From Podarcis gaigeae (taxonomy: Eukaryota): a stretch of DNA of 64,000 nt. Under the pieces are notes generated by a model. It did not search any database, was not told the origin of the DNA, and saw nothing but the letters and a program-made list of their open reading frames with translations. The translations under genes were made by a program, and so were the position numbers. The stretch lies in the NCBI GenBank assembly GCA_964106915.2, contig OZ066923.1, one strand, 5' to 3'. Numbering within the stretch: position 1 is the stretch's first letter; every line of letters starts with the position of its first letter. This document shows positions 26,778-38,966 of this stretch, piece by piece.

Positions 26778-26818
26778 GGTATGAGCTTTCATGTGCATGC
26801 ACACTTCTTCAGATACTA
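26778..26818 (-). ncRNA. Minimal type I hammerhead ribozyme motif, inverted copy
   Basis: Reverse complement AGUAU-CUGAAGA-AGUGUGCAUGCACAU-GAAA-GCUC-AUACC. Confidence 0.65.
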
Positions 26819-26886
26819 GTATCTGAAGAAGTGTGCATGCACACGAAAATACTGGTATCTGAAGAAGTGTGCATGCACACGATACT

Positions 26887-26926
26887 GGTATCTGAAGAAG
26901 TGTGCATGCACACGAAAGCTCATACC
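26887..26926 (+). ncRNA. Minimal type I hammerhead ribozyme motif
   Basis: GGUAU-CUGAAGA-A-GUGUGCAUGCACAC-GAAA-GC-UC^AUACC: stem I GGUAU/AUACC, palindromic stem II, minimal stem III. Confidence 0.75.
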
Positions 26927-27226
26927 AAGAACTAACTTAGTTGGTCTTTAAGGTGCTACTGGAAGGAATTTTTTTTGTTTTGACTATGGCAGACCAACAC
27001 GGCTACCTATCTGTAACTGGAATTATAAGAAGCTGCCGCAGTAAAGGGACCGTGAAGAAGCCTGATGGGAGGTGTGTTTCTAGGCCCTGGGCAAAACTGT
27101 TCACACCCCCTTGTTACTTTTCCTACTGCTAGATGTCATGTTGTTACATTTGTAGCGCTGAGATGTTGGGGTTTGAGGTATGCTATCACATTTCCTTGTT
27201 ATGTTGCTGTTTTATTATTCCTGGTA

Positions 27227-27587
27227 AAAGGTAAAGGTAAAGGGACCCCTGACCAGTAGGTCCAGTTGTGACCGACTCTGGGGTTGCGGCACTCATCTTG
27301 CTTTATTGGCCAAGGGAGCCGGTGTTTGTCCACAGACAGCTTCCGGGTCATGTGGCCAGCATGACTAAGCCGCTTCTGGTGAACCCGAGGAGTGCACGGA
27401 AACACCGTTTACCTTCCCGCCGGAGCGGTACATCTATTTGCACTTTGATGTGCTTTCGAACTGCTAGGTTGGCAGGAGCAGGGACTGAGCAACGGGAGCT
27501 CATCCCGTCATGGGGATTCGAACTGCCAACCTTCTGATCAGCAAGTTCTAGCCTCTGTGGTTTAACCCATAGCGCCACCCGTGTCTC
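27227..27587 (-). mobile_element. Sauria SINE
   Basis: Full length, TSD tattattcctggta. Confidence 0.92.
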
Positions 27588-28059
27588 ATATTATTCCTGG
27601 TATTGTGGAATTATTCTTGCAACTATTGATTTTTGTGATGCATCACTTTTCTCCTTGTAAGCCATGTCTCCCCCCCTCCCATGATTATGCAAACTGGCCT
27701 TTAACTCACTACAAGTCCAATTTACAAAGAAGGCACTTTTAATTTAACTGAAATAGAAATCCAATATATATCTAGGGGGATCCCTCACCTATGACATGGC
27801 CTCCTTTTTGCTTTTGGAGAAATCCAAACGACATGCCACAAAGAGCAAACGCTGGCTTATTTCAAAAGAGAAAATCAAAGCGCTGACACACACTTTTGCA
27901 ACATGTGCTATGCAGCTGCTAGTTCTAACCCAAGATATAATTACAGAACCAGGGATGCTTATGAGTAGCTAGCTTTCCATGTTCCCTTGGGGGCTTCTTC
28001 TTCTATGTTTGGTCCTCCACACCACACAGAGAGATGCACGCGGGAAGCCCAAGGTCCCC

Positions 28060-28222
28060 TCACATGCCAAAGGTCGCAAGCTCAATTCCTGACATCTCCC
28101 AGTAGGTTCGGGAAGGACTCCTGCCAGAAAGTCTGGCCAGTCACTGCCAGTCAGTGCAGGCAATATTCAGCTAGACGGATCAATGGTCTTATTCAGTATA
28201 AATCAGCTTCCTGTGTCCCATA
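28060..28222 (+). mobile_element. Old tRNA-derived SINE with CR1-like tail (Squam2-like)
   Basis: Degenerate B box (gctcaattcc) followed by 'ctgccagtcagtg.agg.caata...atggtct.attcagtata...cagcttcct'. Confidence 0.55.
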
Positions 28223-30210
28223 GCTGCTATTCATTGGCGCCTCTCCATGTGACAGAGAACACACTATGCAGAGGAGGAAACGAGAGCCTAAGCGAACGGG
28301 CACAGCCAACGGTCACTCGTTGCGCTTTGAAAGTTAAGTGGCTTCATCTATTATAGGCAAACACTCGTTTGATTGCTTTGCTGAATCAATACCTCCATGG
28401 CGTATCCAAGGTCATACCTGCACATCATGAACTGGAACACAAAATCTGTTCACATTGCTTGGGTAAATTCCTGCTTCCTGTCTCCCCTCATTTCCCCTGG
28501 CCGTGTTTTTATAGGATGTTTGAGTCTGCTCAAACACTCCCTGCCATTTTCTTCTCCCAGCAAAGGCGGCCTTCGCTTTTTGGCTACTCCAGCTGTGGTG
28601 TTTAATTACATCCCGTTCCACTGGTGTGTGTGTGTGTGTTTTGGAGCTAAGCACACACGTAGCCCAGGCAGAGTGTCTCTGCTATTTTGGAGGATTGACT
28701 CTGTGAGTGTGCATGCGAAATGTCTCCCCAACATGCACACTCCCTTTGCTCTCCAGGGTTTCTGCTCCTGCGCTTAGTTTATGGCCTGTTGCTAAGGTGA
28801 ATTTCCCAAGCTGGGAGCTGACTGGCTTTTGCTAACGTCTGGCATGTGCTGCTTAGCTTTGCCTTTATGACAAAGTTTAGCAGGAAATACCCTATTAAGA
28901 TGTTATCATGTGTTCAGCAGGGCCCTAGTGAACGCAGTAAGGACATAAAAAGGGATGTTGCCCTCCTACCTCATCCTCCCAGGACGATTTAAACAACCTA
29001 GACTTTTTTATTATGATGACACTGGCCTTGCTGAATACACTGAGGACATTTTACAGCTTTCAGTTACCAGACAGCTCTTCTCCCCTGGAGAGAATTCATG
29101 TGTCCTTCACTTCCACTCTGGATTACTCACTAAGCGTACTTTTTTTCTGCTATGTTTGCAGCTCACCATATCTGGGGCTGAAGATGAATGCATTGAACAA
29201 AGCTCTGGCACATATGGAATGGGGCAGTTTCATCTTCTTGTCACTGACAGTAACATTATCCAGACCCTGAGCCCCCTTATTACGGCCCATAATGTCCTCC
29301 TGCTTTACACAGCTTTCCCATCACAAACACACTGGCCTCCCCACTCCCCTTTTTTTTCCTTCAAGAAAAGCCCTAGAGATAAATAGACCCAAACAGAACC
29401 TTTTTACCCAAAGAAGAATGCAAAAGAGAAGATGCTAGGAGAATCTTGCTCAGTATCTCATTTTAGCTCCTGGTTGTGTCTTGGGCAAATTAGAGGGGCA
29501 TGATTAAAAACTTAGAAACAGAAGTGTATTTTTCTTTGATGTAGCCTATGTTGTTGGCCAAAAGAAGGAGAAGAAAAATCTGCAAACTTTCACCCTGTTA
29601 CACATTGCTGATTGAAACCAATGGGGCTCATGTCCAGTCAACCGGGTATGCTTATTAGAGCCAGAAACTTCAAAGGCTGACTGAAGATTGTTGTTCACTG
29701 AGTCATTTTCCATCGTAACTGGATAATTTCTGCCGTCCTTGTGGCAGGATAGCTGGGAAGTGCTTGAATAACCACTCTTCCTTAGAAGCCTTCATAAATC
29801 ATAGTTCAAACATCGAAATGCATCATCATTCAGTTGGACAAATGGCTGAGGGCAGGAATGATCCAGTAGGGGGGGGGCCCAGACTAAGCAGATTCCTAGG
29901 ATTGTGATCAGCCACATGTTGTGCAGGATCCAGGGATCTTAAAAAGAGTTAAGAAGTCCTAACAGCAAAAGATGCAATACTTGGCACAGAAAGCAGTCAC
30001 AAACTTGAGAGCTCAGCACCTGTACTCTAGTTATTGACTGCAGTTCATTTATTGTCCTGAGGTCTACCGTTTTGTGAATGAGGGCCATTATTCTCATCTC
30101 ACTTACAGTGGTCAGGCAAGTGACTGGCTGCCCTTTGAATGGCTTTCACTTGGCTCTTGTTATGCTGCATTTGGAGGAGGTTTGGTTCCAGTGCAGTTCT
30201 CCGTTACATA

Positions 30211-30569
30211 GGTAAAGGTAAAGGTACCCCCTGACCGTTAACACCAGTCGCAGACGACTCTGGGGTTCCGGTGCTCATCTCGCTTTATTGGCCAAGGAGC
30301 TGGCGTTTGTCCACAGACAGCTTCTGGGTCATGTGGCCAGCATGACTAAGCCGCTTCTGGTGAACCAGAGCAGCGCATGGAAATGCCGTTTACCTTCCTG
30401 CTGGAGTAGTACCTATTTATCTACTTGCACATGACATGCTTTCGAACTGCTAGGTTGGCAGGAGCTGGGACCAAGCAATGGGAGCTCACCCCATCATGGG
30501 GATTCAAACCACCGACCTTCTGATTGGCAAGCCCTAGGCTCTGTGGTTTAGACCAAAGCACCACTGTCC
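30211..30569 (-). mobile_element. Sauria SINE
   Basis: TSD ttacata; (ACCTTT)n tail. Confidence 0.9.
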
Positions 30570-30889
30570 TTTACATATTACACATATAATTTTAATTCTG
30601 TGCTGCTTCCCCATAGTTCAAACCATGCTCAAGGCGGCTTATGACATGAAACAAAAAACATAATTACAAAAGGAGTCATGAACAATAAAACAAGTCTACA
30701 AACTGAACTATTTCCACATAACTCATAATCAGATATAAAATAATTACAAAAGTAATATCAATAACAGCAGCAATACACATACACATACCTCAACAAAACC
30801 TCAGAAAAAATACCGCAGCCCAAGAGTCCATTAGGGACTCAGAAAACTGGTGCTGATGGGAAAATACTCAGTAGGGGTGGGTCCACTAC

Positions 30890-31450
30890 CCTGTGGGGCC
30901 ATGTTGCGGGCAGGCCACATGCTCTCCCCGTGCACAGTGGGGGTGTGGCAGTGCCCCCATGTCATAGGGGAGTCCCAGCCACATCACGCCCCTGGCCGAC
31001 CAATCCAGTTGGCCTTGGGGGTGTAATGTTTGATTGGCTGATGTCATCAGGGGTTGGTTGCAGGTGTGAGGGTATTGGCGGCAAGCCATTTGGCTCAAGT
31101 GGTGGTTAGGCATTGGTAAAAGCCGGTTCATGGGAGGGGAGGTTGTGGCCATCACCTGCCCCTCCTCTTTAAGCATATTCCATTAAAGGGATGCGGGGGT
31201 GTGGATCCCGTCATGCCACAACCCCATCGGGGACCCTGGGGGAGCTCTCAGTTGATGTACATCAACAGGACTTCCCCTACTGGTGGCTGACCCTTACTGG
31301 ACTACCTGCATGGCAGGCAGGAGTCAGATATAGTCGGTTCAATTCCAGTGTCTAAGCCAATGCTACTCACATTCTGTAACCAATAAAGTTGCGGCCTTAA
31401 TTAGCCCATTAAACTAAAATACTGGTGTCCATTTGTTTTATTATTCAACA
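30890..31450 (+). mobile_element. GC-rich retroelement terminal repeat (LTR or DIRS/Ngaro-like)
   Basis: CCAAT boxes and a ctgtaaccAATAAAgttgcggcc motif shared with the minus strand of 42053-42810. Confidence 0.45.
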
Positions 31451-31799
31451 AATGGGGGAGGGCTCGGGGCCTTGACATGCAATTGGAAGTTTCAGTTTCA
31501 GTTTATTATGGACATAGACCAGCATTTTAAAAATAGCTAAAATACAAAATTCTAAAAGCAAGATACGATACAATAAAATAAATAAAAACAAGCCAGAATA
31601 AGAGCAAGAGTCACTGACCAGCAGGTTAAAACAACTAAAATTATAACTAATATAACTATTACTAAAGCAATCCAGTTGAAGAGTCATGTGTCTGAAACTC
31701 AAGATTTCATAAACAAAATAGCAATAGTCCCTCTATAAGGCATTTGGCTGCAGTAGTTGGAAGCTTTGTGAAAGTGTCCTCATCTTTGGAAAACCTGCA

Positions 31800-32260
31800 A
31801 CGATATTTTTCTGGGCTTCATCCTATATTTAGTGTTCTGTCTGAGATACGTTTCAGTGGTTTCAATATGAGGATGCTGACAAAGTACTTGAGGGATTTGG
31901 CCAGCCACTAATTCCTTGCTGAAAACCTAAGCATCCCTTGCTTGCCCAGCTTGGCCATTTACAGTACATCTAGCCATAGACTGACCAGGTGGCTCCAGGT
32001 GTTTATTAAGGTCTCCTTAAGACAAGAAGTGGTCCCAGCCACCTCAAAGAAGTCAGATGTGTGGGTACTCCTTGACCACCTTGACTCCTTAAGAAACTTC
32101 TTTGACATCTGACGGGAAGGTATTCCACAGAAATATTTCAATCAGTCCTTGTTTTGACACTAATACAACCTTGGAAGCCCCGGTGAAACTGTAGAACCAG
32201 GGCTAGGATTTGTAATGGACTGGATGAGAGCTGAAAAGCTAAAGCTGGATTCTGACAAAG
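31800..32260 (+). mobile_element. Decayed L2 LINE ORF2 pieces
   Basis: MDWMRAEKLKLDSDK resembles the L2 RT motif WMxxNxLKLNxxKT. Confidence 0.6.
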
Positions 32261-32779
32261 TTCTAGCATCTAGCAACAAGTTCTGCACAAACGTGAGCGA
32301 GCGTCTGTGGAGGTAATACAATTATCCTTATTTGATCACAAATAAAGATAAGTCCTGGTGAATTAAATGGGGGATGAAAGGATATTAAATATGGAGCTTT
32401 AGAATGGATTTGTTTTCAGCATTCTCTTGAGTGCATCATCTTGGCATTTGTATCAGTTCATTTGCATTTGTGTTAGTTTACAGGGTTTCTTTTGAAGCAC
32501 AATGAAAAGTCTTGAATTGGTTGTTTTTGATTATGCGTTTTGTTTTGAAGTCCTTTGGAGCTTGGTGAGATGAAATTATCCAGAGGACAATACATTTTAT
32601 TCAGCTTTTCCTTTGGGAAAATGTGTCAATCTTTGAAAGCCAAGTGAAATGTAGAATGCCGAGATTCAGAATTCAAAACTGTAGTTCACTTCAAAGAATG
32701 TAAAGCTCGCTGAAGGATTGTATTGAAACACATAAAAATACTTTCAAAATGGTACAAATATTATCATATTATGAAGTCT

Positions 32780-33495
32780 GCATAAGAAAACCCAAGCTGG
32801 ATTGGAACAAAGACCCCTGTATCCCAGCAGTCTCTTCTTATAGTGTTTAACCAGCTGCCTATGAGAAGCCCATAATCAGACTATGAGGAGAATAATACTC
32901 TGCAGTTTCTAATCTCCAGCAACTGTTGCTCAGAGGCATAAATATACATCATTAGTAGCCATTGATAGCCTTATTGTCCATGTATTTGTCAAATTTGAAA
33001 GCTGTCAAAGTTGGTGGTCACTACTACATTTTGTGGTAAAGGTAAAGGGACCCCTGACTGTTAGGTCCAATCACAAACAACTCTGGGGTTGCGGCGCTCA
33101 TCTTGCTTTATTGGCCGAGGGAGCCAGCGTACAGCTTCCGGGTCATGTGGCCAGCATGACTAAGCCGCTTCTGGCGAACCAGAGCAGCGCACAGAAACAC
33201 CGTTTACCTTCCCGCCAGAGTGGTACCTATTTATCTACTTGCACTTTGACGTGCTTTCGAATTGCTAGGTTGGCAGGAGTAGGGACCAAGCAACGGGAGC
33301 TCACCCCATCATGAGGATTTGAACTGCCGACCTTCTGATCAGCAAGTCCTAGGCTCTCTGGTTTAGACCACAGCACCATCCGTGTCCCACACTTTGTGGT
33401 AGTGAGCTGCATATTTTTTATCATGAACTGTGTAAAGAAGAAGTTCCTTTTTGCCTTTCCTGAATCTGCTGACCTCCAGCTTCCTTGACTGACCC
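32780..33495 (-). mobile_element. CR1-type 3' end interrupted by a Sauria SINE
   Basis: cataagaa...ctggat...agtagccattgatagcctt pattern, related to 48030-48220 and 61485-61692. Confidence 0.55.
33039..33388 (-). mobile_element. Sauria SINE
   Basis: TSD acattttgtggta/acactttgtggta. Confidence 0.92.
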
Positions 33496-34088
33496 TGGGT
33501 GCTTGCTTGTGTTTCTGTAGGTGTATAAGGAGTACACAGCTTCAGAAATATACTGCTATTCATACAAAAACCCACCATTTAATAGGTAATAAAACAGAAT
33601 ACAATTACTCAGCTTTCTTTAACGAGAAGGAAGTCTTATGTATAACTTACATGAAGCACCAGAACTTTCACACATAATGGAGTTTGGAGTGGATATTGAA
33701 ATGGTAGTAACTCAGATTGTTGCTCCAAATATTCTGTTGGCCACGGTTAAATGCACCCTGTTCACACAGATTCAAAGAATGCAGGTTTGCTACCACATAA
33801 TGGCTGTCCAGAGGGGCTAGATTGCAACAAAAACAGGACAGACATTTGTGGTCTGAAAAGTTACAGTATTTCAGCAGGAAGTTACGGGATGTGCACTGAT
33901 TGGAAGTGAAGCAGTGTGATTGTCCCCAAACTTTTGCCAGCACAAATACTTTTAAAAACAGATGCCATTCCCCTTTGACTCACATCAAGGACACTATAAA
34001 TCCCATGATCCAGTGTGTAACACAAAGTGCACATTGCATACACCTTAGAAAACTTGTGCTGAAGAATTTAAAAACAGCACTATGAAAC

Positions 34089-34089
<1 letters not shown>

Positions 34090-34141
<52 letters not shown>

Positions 34142-34143
34142 TC
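34090..34143. repeat. (CTTT)n microsatellite
   Basis: Direct reading. Confidence 0.95.
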
Positions 34144-34620
34144 GCAATTAAAGTAGCATGCAATAGAAATAACAGTCATTTTGTATTCAAATTGTTGCTC
34201 CTATTGGCCAAACTGCAAGTGGATATTCTTTTTGTGTTTGATATGCAGGACTTTTTTAAAATGCAAATTGCAGTAGTTGTGAGAGGGCAGGTAATTAATG
34301 GGATCAAAGCAGGCATGGAGAATGAATTTAATCCTTACCTCCACTGCTGCAGTCCTGAAGAAACTCCTTCCTTTGAAGGTAGTATTTGTAACAAGTAGAA
34401 AGTACATATATCCTAGTCAATTCTCAATTGTTTAAAGTATTGTTGCTATGCTTCTGAGGATCAGATTAGATTTGATGTTTGTCACATAGTTTGTTCTTTT
34501 GTAGCTGGTTTTTCTTTAACTAATAGCCAATCCAGGGGACAGCAAATGTGGAAGGTCTGATTGCAGTGAGGAAAAAGGGTTCCTGATCCAAATCTCTCCC
34601 TGTGTCAGCTCCTAGTTGTT

Positions 34621-34692
34621 GAAGAAGAAGAAGAAGAAGAAGAAGAAGAAGAAGAAGAAGAAGAAGAAGAAGAAGAAGAAGAAGAAGAAGAA
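34621..34692. repeat. (GAA)n microsatellite
   Basis: About 24 uninterrupted GAA units. Confidence 0.95.
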
Positions 34693-35639
34693 ATATACAA
34701 AAGATTAAATGCGTCAAATGTCCCATTGGGTTTTGCTGTCAGCTTACAATAAAACACAATTGGATGTGATGGTGCCATTTTCTAAAATTTTGTTGTTTTT
34801 TGCCTAGGGATGGAAAAAACGTGGGCCCCCCGTAACTACTGGTTTCCAAATCATACATTTTTGCCATCAAGAAATGTCACATCAAGGCATCCTGAGGATT
34901 TGGTTTCTCCTGTCTTAGGAAATGGTAAAAATCATATTTCCAAGTGGATAAAAATAACGTGAGTTGATTCAGTGCCATCACTTAGTTGTGAGGGATCACA
35001 CAAACACACAAAAACTAGTGTTTCACAGGAAAACAACTTTGTGGATGCTGTTTTCATTGGGTTCTTAAAATATATGCTACCAGACAGCCTTCGTATGTAG
35101 TCAGTTTTCTCCATTTTCTATAAAGACATGATCTTGCCATTAGATTAAAGCCCTCCCATTCCACTGTGGCTACTAGCAACCCAGTCAAAGTTCTTGGCCA
35201 ATTTATTGCACCAATAAATTCATGTCATTTGATTCTGTGAAGAAACCAGTTATGACATTCTATTATTTAACGTCAAGTAGGTGTTAAAGGTTATGAATGG
35301 TTATACATTTGGTACTGTTATTAAATACCTCAGCTTGAAAGATGAGGAAAAGCAATACAGTATCTGATTAGGCCTCAGACCTCTGTAAAGGTAATAGTGT
35401 ATGGTGAGAGCCACTGCAAACAGAAAGCGTGGTTACAGTTGCTAAGAAGGAAACACCTTTAGCAGCTAGCATTACTGAAAGTGAATGTCCTGGGTGTGTA
35501 TTTATTAGACTAAAAGATGCACTTTGTAGGCTGCCCAGTTCAGCTTGTGATCCAGATGAGTCTGCTCCATCCCAAATCCCACAGTGCACCACTGGGAAAT
35601 AATAATAATAATAAATGGATATAACTTTTATCCCCTCTT

Positions 35640-36085
35640 AGGTAAAATGTAGAGATACTTATTAATGTATGCCGCTACAGCGGCAAGAATGTTACTTGCC
35701 CCAAAATGGAAAGAAGCAGAAGTCCCAGCAAAGGAAGAATGAATATAAAACCTTAATGGAATATGCAGAAATGGTGAAACTTACCAGAAGAATAGGAAAT
35801 CAAGATAACAATTTTTTAAAATAAAAGAATGGAAATGGTTTATTGAATATTTACAGATAAATTATAAAAAGATAAAAACCTTGGCAGGATTATTGTAATA
35901 ATCTGTAGTTTTATAAGAGATTATATTTAAAGAAGATGAATAAACGAGTGAATTAAGTTAATTTGGATATGCGGAAGATATTAAAAACAAATTTAAGGAA
36001 ACACAGAAAGAGGGAGAAGGAAGTCAAGTTTTGAAATGTCAACATGATTGTAAAATTAGTGAAATGTATAAACTTGAAAAGTATA

Positions 36086-36145
<60 letters not shown>

Positions 36146-36150
36146 ATAAA
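35640..36150 (+). mobile_element. L1-clade LINE 3' end with an (AAAG)n-expanded tail
   Basis: Decayed YAATAARMLLAPKWKEAEVPAKEE...MEYAEMVKLT ORF2 C-terminus; flanking tataactttt repeats. Confidence 0.75.
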
Positions 36151-37810
36151 TAAGTTGAACAGTATAACTTTTCTCTCCTTTGGACAGCAGCAGATGAAAT
36201 TTGCAGCCATACTAGCACCTCAGAAGTGAATAAAACTTGCCAGATTACAGAAAATAATATATCCAGGGGCTTTTGTGCTGGAGATCTTTACGGTTTGATT
36301 TTGCCATTACAGTGTTGACCTGTTGGTCACAATGGAGCCCCCCTTTCCCATTTTGGGCGTTTTCTCACCCCCACTGTGACATTATGGAATTACGGTAAGC
36401 TTAGAGGCATTACTTTCATTTTTCGGAAGACACTATTCTGCAAAAATGTCTAGCTCATTGCAGTGCCACAAACCACTCCAAGCATCCACACTTTAACTTG
36501 TGATCTCTTCAAAGATATCTGGCTTTACCTCTGACAAACCCAAACTCCCCCAAGGCACCCTAGTTCACCTTGGGATTCGAATATAGTAGAAATAGTATAA
36601 ATACTATGAACATCCCTCGTATTTATACTGATCAGAACCATTAGAAAATACTAATCTGATTGGTGTTTTGAGGAACACTCTAAAAAAGAACTCCTATTGG
36701 TCCCTGGGTGGAGCTCCTTCTACCATGCTAATAACATCCAATATGAAATTTTTGATGATGGGGAAAAACTAGGTGCTCAGCTAGTCATGTGTGCTGGACT
36801 CCTCCAGACACTGAGATATGATCTGATGGTGGAATATAGATAGTTGTGTTGTTACTCCCCAAGGCTATTTCCATGCCATCTACAGTTCATGGTATGATAG
36901 GGAGCTTAGTCTAATGATAATTACATACTTCTCTCTCTTACCTTTCAGAACTCGAACTCATTCAACTTGGCTTGTGCAACTGAGGTAACAAATCCAAGTG
37001 CTAATAACCCCCTCCTTTTACCGTCTTTCCAGTGAGTCAGGAACTAAAGCCTTCCTACTACATCTGACATTGCTCAAGAAATGTGAGACAAAAAAGGAAA
37101 CTGGGTCACAGATAACGCTACTGATACAAGAGACTTCAGAGAAATGAAAACACAGAGGGGTAGGGGAAGGAACAAAATGGAATAAATGCTCTTTTTAATT
37201 CTCTGCAGTGATTTCTTTCTAGTGTAAATACAGTTAATTGGTTCTAGCCAGTTTTCATCAAAAGAAAACATGCTCACCCATAAAATATATATTTTTAGAA
37301 TTTTTGGGTAACATTTACTTTTGATCATCATTGAATCTATAAATATTTAAATAAATGAAGACTAAACGTATCCTCCCTGCACACTGTCATGCTGATACAT
37401 TGTGTGTGTGTGTGTATAATTATGTATATATATATAATTTATATGTATATATAATTTTATTTTATTTTAAAATGGCAAGATTGCTAATTGTGCCACTAAC
37501 ACGAGTAGCTCAACCCTTAGTACTAGCCTCTCTGTTTCTAATATAGTTCCACCTACTGAGAAAACCCACTAGGTCCTACAGTCTATGTCTGGTTAACAGC
37601 TAGATTCTGACATTGACCATAAGTTCCTCCAGGTGCTCTCCAGGCTCTCACATTGCTCAGTTGTATTGCCTCTTTCCCTGATCCCTCTATCTACTTGCCT
37701 TCTCTGCTCTTCTTTACTAGATCAAACATCTAGTCCCATTTCACCTCCAGATTCTGCATCCTTGTCTGGGACACATGTTTCAGCACAGGGTTTTTCAGTA
37801 CATTCTAGGG

Positions 37811-38357
37811 TCACTTGGGAAGACAGGCAAACTAATACCAGTGTACTGGAAGAAGCAAAGATTACCAGCATTGAAACAATGATTCTTCAACATCAACTTC
37901 ATTGGACTGGTCATGTTGTGCGGATGCCTGACGATCGTCTTCCAAAGCAACTACTCTAATTCCAAACTTAAACATGGAAAGCGTAGTGCTGGTGGTCAAC
38001 AAAAGAGGTTTAAAGACTGCCTCAAGGCAAATCTAAAAAAGATGTAGTATAAACATTGACAACTGGGAAACACTGGCCTGCGAGCACTCCAGTTGGAGAA
38101 CAGCCTTTACCAAAGGTATCATGGACTTTGAAGACACTCAAACTCAGGACGCAAGGGAGAAACGTGCTAGGAGGAAGGCACGCTTGGCAAATCCACACCG
38201 TGACCAGCTCCTGCCCGGAAACCAATGTCCCCACTGTGGAAGGACGTGTGGCTCCAGAATTGGCCTCCACAGTCACTTACGGACTCATTGTTAAAACCAT
38301 GTTTATGGAAGACAATCTTACTCGGCTACGAGTGATCCCTAAAGAGAAAGAAAGAAG
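37811..38357 (+). mobile_element. RTE-clade LINE (non-BovB) 3' fragment
   Basis: TWEDRQTNTSVLEEAKITSIETMILQHQLHWTGHVVRMPDDRLPKQLL and terminal CPHCGRTCGSRIGLHSHLRTH; GAA-rich tail; perfect 11-bp TSD acattctaggg. Confidence 0.9.
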
Positions 38358-38639
38358 ACATTCTAGGGATATCATAGTCATTTTCAGCCAACAGGTCTCA
38401 GTCTCTGCCCATATGAGACATATGAGTATTGGCATAAGGCAGAAGGCTTCACACCCACACACCCACCAATGTTTTCATATACAATGGGCCAAATTTTCAA
38501 TGTCCTTACATGCATATGCCAGACTCCACATTTTTGAGAAACCTGGAAAGGCAAGGGAGTGTGCAGTCGATCACCCCAGCATTCAGAGGCTGAGCTCTGT
38601 TTTGTGAATGGAACTCAGGTCTAAGCATGATCTGAAAGA

Positions 38640-38913
38640 TCAGCTCACCACTTGAATGCCCATTCAGTCACTGCCCATTGCAGATGAGGCCTTCCTGGCT
38701 TTTAGTGTTGTGTCACGCCGCCTTTGCGTTTCCCTCCCCTTGAGTATCAGACAGGCACAGTCTCTGTTGCCATTCCAGTGCCTACTGAAGACCTTAAATC
38801 CTTTTAAGATGGAAGCTTTCCCAGTGTGCATTGGTTTTATCATTATATTCAAGGTGGATTTTAAGATGTTTTAAAGATGCTTTTAAAGATAATGTCAATT
38901 GTTCTATCACTTG

Positions 38914-38915
<2 letters not shown>
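38640..38915 (+). mobile_element. L2 LINE 3' fragment
   Basis: AFSVV...LPLSIRQAQSLLPFQCLLKT resembles the L2 ORF2 C-terminus. Confidence 0.6.

Positions 38916-38917
<2 letters not shown>

Positions 38918-38966
<49 letters not shown>
38918..38966. repeat. (TC)n(AC)n microsatellite
   Basis: Direct reading. Confidence 0.95.

Larger units (their letters stand above)
26721..27022 (+). mobile_element. Penelope-like element terminal (pLTR) fragment in fold-back configuration
   Basis: ~97-bp inverted arm centred at 26817/26818, hammerhead cores, 3' end ...gaccaacacggctacc; 12-bp TSD ttataagaagct. Confidence 0.8.

Noticed and set aside
26818-26917. CRISPR-like short direct repeats
   Set aside because: No unique spacers, eukaryotic context, explained by Penelope hammerhead cores
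38056-38607. 183-aa ORF
   Set aside because: Off-frame reading of the RTE fragment plus flanking sequence
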